Assembly (NCBI GenBank): GCA_030141605.1
Contig: JAQGDQ010000001.1
Span: 1,178,001-1,242,000, forward strand
DNA: 64,000 nucleotides
Reading direction: 5' to 3'
Origin: Tubiluchus corallicola
Lineage: Eukaryota; Animalia; Priapulida
Below, in pieces: positions 41,853-64,000 of the stretch. Made by a program: the position numbers and the translations under genes. Within the stretch, counting starts at the first letter, position 1. Every line of letters starts with the position of its first letter. The notes beneath the pieces are model-generated. The model searched no databases and was not told the origin of the DNA. It saw nothing but the letters and a program-made list of their open reading frames with translations.

Positions 41853-43744
41853 ACATTTTTGCAAGTCGTTGAATTGTAAGTCTCATAAAAGAAATGTGTT
41901 TTTAGATTTTTTCAGCTATACGGTTTTAGTAGGCTTACTATCTTCCATTTCTGTTAAATCTAGTTGCGTTAGGCCCACGGTAAGTCGATTTTGCTATCAA
42001 CAGTTTTGATATTTTAGATAAAAAACGGTATTTCTGATATAAAGCGACAGTTCGATACCAACCGACCATATGTGTATGTAAGCGTTATGTTGTCTGAACA
42101 AAAGTATGGCTGTAGCAGAGAATTTTTTTAAAATAATTTTTGTAGTTACGATATTACATGTAAGGCACGGTATGTATGACCAGTTTATGCATTGTGCTAC
42201 AAACCAAGCGAAATGGTAATAGTGTTTAAGTAATAGTAATAGTTAGTAGTCAGTAGTAATAGTAATGTATAATTTTTACTTTAGTGACGTAACAAACCTT
42301 TGATGTTACCCGTGCTTTTATTTTAGTCATCTTTATTTATTATAAACAGCAATATTCTTTGCTGTTTATGGTCATAGCCCCTGACGCCGCCTAAACGTTT
42401 TTTCAACTAGCGCAGTAGAAGTTTGTAGCCCAGCAATAAATATTTACCTACTAAATACAATTGAAAGTGCGGATGGCGTTTACAATTCCTCACACAATTT
42501 AAATATCCTAGCCCTAACCCTAATCTTAATCAGCGTCACGAACTAATTTCTTGTATGTGGGTAACTGTAAACTTTAATCGAAAAGGCAACGTGGTAATTG
42601 TAAAGCATAATAATTACACTACTTCAGTTTTAACTGTTTTCTAGCGTAACTAACTGTTAGGCAATTTTTCTGATATTTGTTTAAATTTAAATGCTAAGGA
42701 AATGTCGTAATTGCGAAAAGATCTTATCGTATGATTTATACCACTTCTTGTCAGGATTGTGTGATCAAGTGAATTAAATATAAACTTATTTTCCAAATAT
42801 GACCACTCATGCTTCATACAGTCTCTATGAATGAATAAAAATTTCGATAAAAATGTGAAAGCATTTTCACACAATAAATTTTTTCTGTTCATTTTTATAT
42901 AGCCAACATTTATATATTAACCGCGTTTATAACTGATTTCCATCAAACCCACTGTGTGTATATTAAATTTATTTCTCATTGTATCTTCTATTGTAATTTG
43001 ATAGTAATGGGCAGCACTAAAGATGTACATAGACGAACTTATTGTAACGGTTTAAACATTAAGTCTACATTGTAATTAGTCCTATATAATTTTTTTAGTT
43101 TGTAGTACAAATTAGTTAACAATTAGTTATGTGAGAAGATTTACAATATTCAGCGATATAATTTACGTTGTATGAAAAAACATTGTGCAATATAAACTTG
43201 TATACTAAAATATTAAATGAAATTTTATTATTATTGTGAACTATAAAACCTTTAGCAAAATCATAACTATCTCGAAACACTGCCCTCTATTTTACTGCTT
43301 TTCATTAAAGTTATTAAGTGCTTGATATTACATCTGGTACCGATTCTGCTCAGCTGTACTACCAAAGCGGTAAACCTCTGAGGCAGGCTGCGGCTGCTTC
43401 GTATTTATTAAACATCCATGGTTGTTCAGACGGCAGTACAATTATAGGCTAAGTCTCACGATGTTCGATTCTCAAGCGTACGAAACTCAGAAATTTAAAG
43501 TTTAAACACAGCTATTGTAAGGTCCGCAGTCTTAACTTCTTTAAATTCTGTTTTAATTACATCAGTTGGATATGGCCTGTAAATTAAGCTCTTATAAAAT
43601 TGCTGCAGCACATGTTTCCTCTAAAAAAGTTATTATATGCGTAATCCACATCAATGTGCGTAAAGGGAAAGTTAATTTCTGTAGTTAATCTTAGGCGTCG
43701 CCTTACATGCATGAAAGACATACGAACCAGACAATCAGTCCTTA

Positions 43745-44086
<342 letters not shown>

Positions 44087-46998
44087 CCCTTCCCTACAAT
44101 CTGTTTCCATTCCCGCTCTTTCGCATTATCGTTTTAATACTCTGTAACTTGTCAGCATATCAGAAAAAAAACTTCAAGCTACTTAATGTTGTTAGATGTC
44201 GTAGCAATGAAGTTTTACAATACACACGCTGACATTACCTTGTAAAAGGAAAGCTGCCATTATTTATTCATGTAACAAGCGGTAACTAGTTAAAGAAAAC
44301 TCAGCACTGGCTTTAAAAACTACTAACAGTTGACAATAAATAAAAAGGATGGTAACAGATACTAAAATGTTATTCTTGAAAGTAGGTACAAAAAAGGAAA
44401 TAGTCAGTTTTTTGTAAATCAAAGAATTTTTTACAAACAAGTTAGACTAATGTAGAAATTAATTCCATGTTTGTTTTTATATTATATTAAGCATTTAAAG
44501 GGACAGGTCAGTGAATTATGTTTAAAAAACTCACAAAATTAAGTTGACTAAATTGAAGCGGGTAGGATCACGAAAATGTAAATTAAACTGTGATTAGCCA
44601 GAATTAGCTTTCAGACCTAACGTTGGACAATAGCTGAAATGAGGTGCGACCAATAACCATCGCTAACAATGGTTAGCTAACAATTTTACAACATCTGCCT
44701 CCGTCCACTAATTAGCCATTAAGTTAATACATAAACCTTTAGATTATTATTTCTGGTTTATCACAATTTTGTATCCAAAGAATTCAAAATTCCAATGTGG
44801 CTTGCTTCTAGAAAAACATTGGTTTTGTACTTTAAGCAACGTGATCCATATAAAACACTAAATGACAAATTCGACGTTGATTAAAATAATAATAATTGTT
44901 AACTTCAATAATACAATCCAAGTATCAATAGAAGGTTATCTGATTAACCGGGAGTCCAGTTTATGTAACCTGATAGACAAGGAAACAGAAATGTAAAGAT
45001 GATTGAACCGTCACTCGTATACGTAGATAAACTTTGCATAATTATAATATTATAAAGTCCGTTTGTACATCCCATTCTGCTTACATTTTAAAGTAACACA
45101 CTAACATCCAACACAGAATAACAAAAAATATTTTTCACAGCAAACTGGCTAAACATTCCAAAATTTTCTTAATAAAATCTAACAATTTATAAATCTTATG
45201 ACCTAAAACAAAACACACCCAAACACTAAGTTAATGTTGATTTACTTATTAGTTCTACGCCAGAAAGGAGCAAGATACGCAAGCCTATATATAACTTATA
45301 CAAATTTACTAAGCAAGTTATTATACAATATGCATAAAAATCTTTAATAATATTACAATTTTTTAAAAAACAGCTATATAGTATATAACTTCATTTATCA
45401 CATAAACAAAAACATAACATGTTAATTGTTACCACTGTATAATAATAATGTGTAAGATATACATTAGTTGCTAGTGTGTAATAGTCACGTAATTTTCAAT
45501 TACTTATAAAAAACTTTGATATGGTTTTCAGGGCGCAAACCACTTTTAATTATTAAGTAATTTAAATAAGTTCTAATTAACCAAGAATATATAATTATCA
45601 TACTCAATGGTCAGTACAGTAAATTCATACTTAATTTTGTTTATTAGCAAATTCGATTTTCATTATCCCAATTTAGGTACCACAGCAAATTATGGTTCCT
45701 GTACTTCATAGATGGCAGCACGTGACCTGTGTATAATATATGGCGTATACATTTACCATTTGCAAACTGGCACAGGTTTACTCAATCTTCGTTGTTAGGC
45801 AAATACAATACTGTGACCACTGAGCTCGTCAACACAGTTGTTACACCACTTTGCTCAGTACTCACTGCTTAGTTACTTTTTATGATTTTAACAGGTGGTC
45901 TCACTACTCCGTAAAATTAAAATAAATTTTAGTTGATCACTAAATCGCTTCAAACAAGAAATATGGTGCCACATGCACAGCGCTTTTCATCTGTAGAAAA
46001 TTTAGCAGCGCAACAATTAGCATTATGCACTCTTTAAATTACAAACAATTAGTTTAAATTACGTGAACCGTTCATACGTATCGATTCTTTAACTGAAACT
46101 GGAAGGAAAGCTGAAAAAATTTTAGGCTTAAGTACATACGTATATAAAAATTTAAATGTATTGAGACTGCCAACTTATATTTAAATTTGGTAAGGCTACG
46201 TTGTTTTCCCTATGTTTACGTAATCATGCGCAAAAATGAAATCTCAAGCTCAAATCTCAAACGGCTGTTATATTTTCTTGTGACTTCAGAAGGCTTAAAT
46301 AATGTGTTGAAAACCTCAGTGCAACGAAAGACCAAAAGGAGGCACATTTTATGCACACATTAAGTTATAAATATTTTTTCTACGATAGTCTGGCTGGCAG
46401 CTCAACAATGTCTTTTTTCATAAAGCAAAAAACAAGTTCGCCATAAAGGGAGAGACAGGCTTAACATTGACTTTAATGCTAAATTAAAATATTGCAATTA
46501 GCTGTGACTCAAGGTCGATTAGTGACAGTCAATACACCGTTAGTGTAATTATTGGCATAGTAAAATGACACTATTATACGTTAGTATAACTACTGATCTT
46601 GGGAAATAATCAGAAAATTCCAACTTCCACGTGCCTATAACTACGGTCACGTTCTCAGAAACACAGAAATAACTGTTAGTTACATTATTATTAGTTACTA
46701 CATTACTAATCACTCGTTTAATACTTACGATGCATACAAAATTAAAGTTAGTGTACAGTTTACCAGACAATCCTATAAACACGTCAGTAATATCTACATA
46801 TTAGTGTATATCCATTATTTCAAAATCTGTTCAGTCCGAGATACTGTGGCAAATTAGATCTTCTTAATGTCCATGCATTGTCTTGACCTGGAAAAGCTCT
46901 TTTCGTAACAGACAGTCGAATGGCCATGTACCACATGTCTATGATAATTTTTCGGGAATCCAGTTAATTGCTACAAAACTCCACCCTCTACGCCTGTG

Positions 46999-58487
<11,489 letters not shown>

Positions 58488-59678
58488 GTCTCGGTGAGCT
58501 GACCTGACGTTAATCTGGAAAACTGAGAATAACATCAAACGATGAATCAATGTTCTTAGTAAAATTAACAAGCAAACTTGGGTAATAATTCATCAAACAA
58601 AATATCTTTGTTGCTACATCATTGACAGTATACATCAGAAATAAAATACTTGAGAAACTCAATGGCATTTCAATAATTCGTAATTGAAAGCCTGTTTGCA
58701 AAAATTCTACTTGTAGATTGTAAAGGAAGTTCGCTGCTTTAGTTTAGCTCCAAGATTAAATAAGTTTTTTTTCACATAGTCAGCATTTCCCTAGTCACGG
58801 AGCTTACGTTTAGGTGAGCTTATGCTCTTCAAAAACTTCTAGCAAAAACGTGCACGCCTGTCTGTTCGATGTCACAGCCAGCAATAACACTGTTACAAAA
58901 ACCGCTATTAAAAGTTCTAATAGTAATTACCTTTATTTCCTAATTTTTGATACCCTTCCTGATGGCTGTGTATCAACCAACAACCAACACGTTTTGTCAC
59001 ACAGAGTATGTTCTGTTTGTCACGTTTCTAGTCACGCAACTTTCTACTGGTCTGGGTGTTGTTCTTTCACAATTTCCTTGAACCATATAAGACTAATGTG
59101 ACATTTTATGAAAGTGAACTTCAGTAAGTAACCGGGTTAACAGGTGCTGCTCAGTGCCTAGCTCATAAATAGTAGTAAAACAGTAGACAGTGGTAAAACA
59201 GACAGTATTCATTAATCAAGTATCACGCAATACTGTAAACTGTACATTTTATACCCTTGGATAATATTACATAATTACTTAAAAATTTTGGGCTATTCTG
59301 AGCAGCTCAAGAGATAATGAGCTTTTAGCAGCTGATCAGTTCTACATTCGTACAGCACAGAATTTGAATTAACTCTGTAATTATAGACAGACGATAAAAC
59401 CTACTACATACTACATTAAAATAATTAAAGGTTGTCATATAAAAATGAAAAACACTGAATACGCCCAACGAATTCAAAAGTTTCCAATACCATGGTAAAC
59501 CACATGGTAACCAGCCACTTAAAGTTTGCAAGATTAAAATAGTTAAATGTCAATAAACGTCAGGTTACTGCCTGCCAACGATAATACACTATAGTACACT
59601 TTGAAAGTCATGCCAAGTTAATCTAAGACCACACACACTGCGATAAAACGTATCAATTCACAAATTGTTAGACAAACT

Positions 59679-59887
<209 letters not shown>

Positions 59888-62800
59888 AGAGTGTGTAGAC
59901 GGCTTACGTAGTAGAATTACCCTTGATACCATGCTTTGGCTGAAATGCAAACTAGTTTTCTCTTGTAACATGCTCTATCTTTTCAAAAAATATATCTAAA
60001 ACTTCTAATTTTTCACAGCAGGAACATTACACATAACCTTCAATACCAGTGTTCAATAACCTTGGTATTATTTTGCTTGGGGCACCAAATCATTCAACCA
60101 GGCAATCTGACTGCAAGCTAGCAACAAGAAAATATTAACTGTTGCGCTAAGTAACATCAAACCGTCACACTTCTGCTTCTAAAAGTTTCCTTTAGTTTAC
60201 TTATTAGAAAACAAAATAAACTCCAGCAAGTAGAAACGAAGAACAAGACTTTGTATACGCGTCTTGTCCAAAATTACAAAGACTTTACGGAAAATTTCTA
60301 ACACGATGCAAAATTGTAGGATTACTCGAATTTTACATTTTTGTAAATTTCACAAAAAAATATAAACCATTGTTTGTTTGCCGCAATAGTTACTATAAGT
60401 CCAACCGGATTTGTATTGGTGAGCTCAATTCATCTATTTCCCACTATTTTGATACTCTTATTCTGTTCTTTACTACATGAGCATTGACGCGCACTTACTT
60501 TAAAAGACCAACTATTTGTTTTACTTTTATTTGTTCCTATGCACTGGCGAAACGATACACTAGTAATGTGACTCACTATGTAATTATGGCGAAATGTGAA
60601 CTGGCAAAGTGTGTCATTACTGCTCAAAGCAAACGCATAATCTTAATCTGGAACATATCGTTTCTCAAGACTCTTGCTATACCATAGACACCTTACTATA
60701 TACCGAACATGTTCGACGTTCAGAAAAGTTGGAGTAGCAGTGAACACGCCAGCGATATATATGCTAGCTATAATTTTCAAGAGCTAAGCTCAAAAACTGC
60801 TTGATTTACCAGTCAAGCCTAGCTTAGAATAATCTTTCTTATGACTCATAGATATACTCCCTGTGGTTTCTTTACCGCATTCATTATCACACTTTGTAGC
60901 AGCGCCAGTTTCATTGCATTTATGCCTCCCGCCTGAAGATGAGCTAAACTAAATAAATGGAATCTTCTACTCAGGATGAAGGCGAAACTACGTAGTGAAT
61001 GTGCAATCTCTAATACTGCAAACACCATATTAGCATCATCATACACTGGATTAGTAAAGTCAAAAAGACAAACAAATAAAAAAGACTGTACCTCCACCCA
61101 TCAAAAAGGCTAACAAACTTGTCTTATTTAGACCAGAAAACAAAATAGAAAACTTACTTCAACTACATAAATTAACATTTCTGCTAAAAGAATGTCACAA
61201 CTGGTTCTAGTGTAACCATGATGATTTCGCCAATGGTAGCTTTAGCTTTATTTTCAACAAATCAGAATCTTGGTTTTAGTGAATGACTGTTATTATTGAT
61301 TTATAAAATATATGATTAAAATAACAACAAAAGTTTGATTTAATTAGTCTAACAAAAAAGCTATTTAAATTTATAACTAAAGATCGCTTTTCAGCTATTT
61401 TATTCCTTTTGCAGTACATTCACAGCTCGATTGTACTGTGTGAGTCTGTTGTTCAAATCATTTTTATCGACAGCTTGAATAATTTTTCAAACACACTTTT
61501 TATATATGGCTGGCTCCACTTGTTGTCACAAGCCAAGAAATTCCATAAATTCGTCAATGTCGTGTTCTTTTACCGTCCGAAGGCCCCTGCATTCTCCGCC
61601 AAGCTTTCATTGAGAGGCTCAATAACGTAGAGCACAGTATACTTTATTCTAAGCCGAACGAGTGTACAAGAGTGGAAGTGGACAGACTATCAAACTTTAA
61701 GGTGAGATTAAAGTTGTTCCGATTAAACTCGACCTAATGTTTTCGTCAACCTGGATTTCGGAACTTTCTTCAGCGTCCACATCCAACGCGATTATGCAAT
61801 AATGGCTTTTAATTTGGCGGCTTCCTACACTTACTCAGCCTTTCCTCATATTTTCGTTTAAAAATAAAGTTGTTGTTAATTTACGATGTAGTGGGTAGGG
61901 CTGTTTAGCATTTACTATAAGTGACCTGATGCACGACCGAACTGTGACCTGACTTTCGCACTGTGATTAACAGTGACGGATTTCAAAGCTCGTATTTCTT
62001 TCGACTAATCAGTTTCAGAAGGGAAAAAGCTTGTTTACCAATTGCGGGTCATGGCTAGCATGGGATTTGCTAACCAGCGGGAGCAATAAAGTAAGCTTAA
62101 GCTATGTAACTTTACTATAACTCCTTTGTATTATCATACCTGAATAAAGGCCCCTTTCCTTTATTCACGAGGATTAGTGCTTAATAAGTAAGAAACTATG
62201 TAAATTGGGGTAGTTTATGCGCGTTTAATATATTCTAATTGATTATACAAGGTTTTCCTACTTTTAAAATTGTCTCGCTTTCAGTGCAGAAAGGGGGCAT
62301 AAAAGCGAGACAGTACTAAAAGCAAGAAAATCTCAGATAAAAATTACAATGTGATAAGTGTGCCTCTCACCCTTATTTTCTCAGGTCATTACACCTTTCA
62401 ATTTCGATTATTAATGAACACAGACCAGTAGACATAACTGCTTCATTATGCGAAAATTAAGTGCAACTGCGAGTGCTTAGTCAGTGTACTAAGTTTTCAG
62501 AGCAAACATCAACTAATCTGCGTCACATATGGCTTTGGTTTACTGCTAAACATCAAAAATTTCACCTCTGTTAGAGACATGGTGCATCTGCGTGCAGTAT
62601 TGCTTGTTGCTATTTTGAATGTTGAAAATCACCAGTAAATTTTACAATTTCACAAAAAATAGTTAGTCTACCTGAATTTCGGCTAGCATCAGCACGGCTT
62701 TCAAATTTAGAAAAGACATAATAACTATATAATATTAATATTGTGCTTTCAACAGTCATGTCAAGTTACTTTTGCTACGCGAAAAATAACAATCCACTTA

Positions 62801-64000
62801 AGGACAACATTTATCAAAAGTGATTAATGAAATACAGCTGCAGACGGTATATACTACATATATAATTTAGCACATTTCCATTGAAACGACACACAGCTAA
62901 AACGTACTTTTATGCACTAAAAGCTTGATACATAAAACACTGACATGCACTGACATTTGCATGAATCAACGACATTTAAGAAAAATTCCAAGATGAAAAA
63001 CAACTTTTTGGTTTTCCAGTAACTACACTAAATATTATTTTAAAATATAGAAACTATTGCTTAATGATTGTTGTGCTCTTAGTTTGTTTTTTTTCACCTG
63101 AAGATAATGGTGAAGATAATTTCACCATAGTGGCGTATTAAAACTGTCTGTTCCTCAATTCCTTCATTGCGGTGTTTTTCGTTTATTGATTTTGTATTAC
63201 TCGTTTACGTTATAAACTTGATAAACAAATCAGTTTCGCCGTAAAGCCAGTCTCGTTCTCGTTGTCGTCGTCGTCGTTGTTCTTGTAATAAATTAGTAGC
63301 TAGTTTCTATATGATGACGTCACAATGGACTAATTTCATAATTTAACTTTTTACAATATAATGGATTCTATTCCAATAATAAACGGCGTTCTAAATGATT
63401 TTGTACTGGAGGGTAATGGCAGGTTAATGTTGTAAAATGTTGTTTGCTGCAATTTATTTGTGTGACAATCATGTTAAGTAGTTTTACTAATTTTATTAAT
63501 TTATTCATAAATATTTATTTTAATCCGAGCGGTGAACATTTGTGCATGTAAAATTAGGCAGTCAATTTAATTTTTATGTTACCGCTAATTGTATTATTTA
63601 AATTAAGTCAATGTTTTTATTAAAATCTTACAAACGTGTTAGTTTATATAAAGTAATTATTTTAATAAAATGTCCTGGAATTTATTTACTTACATTTTTA
63701 TACTTTTTAACATAATACACTGCAGTGCCAATGTACACAACACTTATGTCTGGACTTAATTTTTTGATGGGAGTAAGTGTTTGTGTATTCTTTGCTTGTT
63801 GCCTCTCGGATGATAATAGGCTAAGAAATATAACTTGCACGTACAATCTATAGCACAGTACAATGGCAGGTGATGACAATTCCTGTAACAGCCTTGTAAA
63901 ATTTCTCAAACTCAAACACAATATGTGTTCCAAACACTGTGCAGCCTGGTGGGTTGAAAAAGAACTTCGAAACACACCCTTCCCGTTTCGTGTAGAGGAC

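Noticed and set aside
58488-58571. N-terminal extension of the AChE ORF (MLILLRT...)
   Set aside because: It crosses a clear acceptor (ttttccag at 58515) and is intronic. The signal peptide begins at ATG 58487, although an upstream coding exon cannot be excluded.

Overview
This is an AT-rich eukaryotic window, probably from an arthropod (inferred from the protein sequences). It holds a compact cluster of cholinesterase-fold genes, and I reconstructed four gene models by hand from GT-AG junctions with consistent reading phase. (1) A 12-exon, ~626-aa type I membrane cholinesterase-like protein on the minus strand (2107-16416) that lacks the oxyanion-hole and G-x-S-x-G motifs. (2) An intronless cyclophilin B (18898-19509, minus). 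(3) A 6-exon, ~792-aa neuroligin (20091-40920, plus), head-to-head with the cyclophilin. (4) An ace-1-type acetylcholinesterase (minus, ATG at 58487). The acetylcholinesterase appears to have two mutually exclusive terminal exons that the ORF track misses: a WAT/T tetramerisation peptide (52273-52412) and a GPI-signal-like H peptide (46999-47108). Introns contain a decayed CR1/L2-type LINE, RTE and R1-like fragments, several MITEs with visible TIRs and TSDs, and many microsatellites. None of the gene models has transcript support here.
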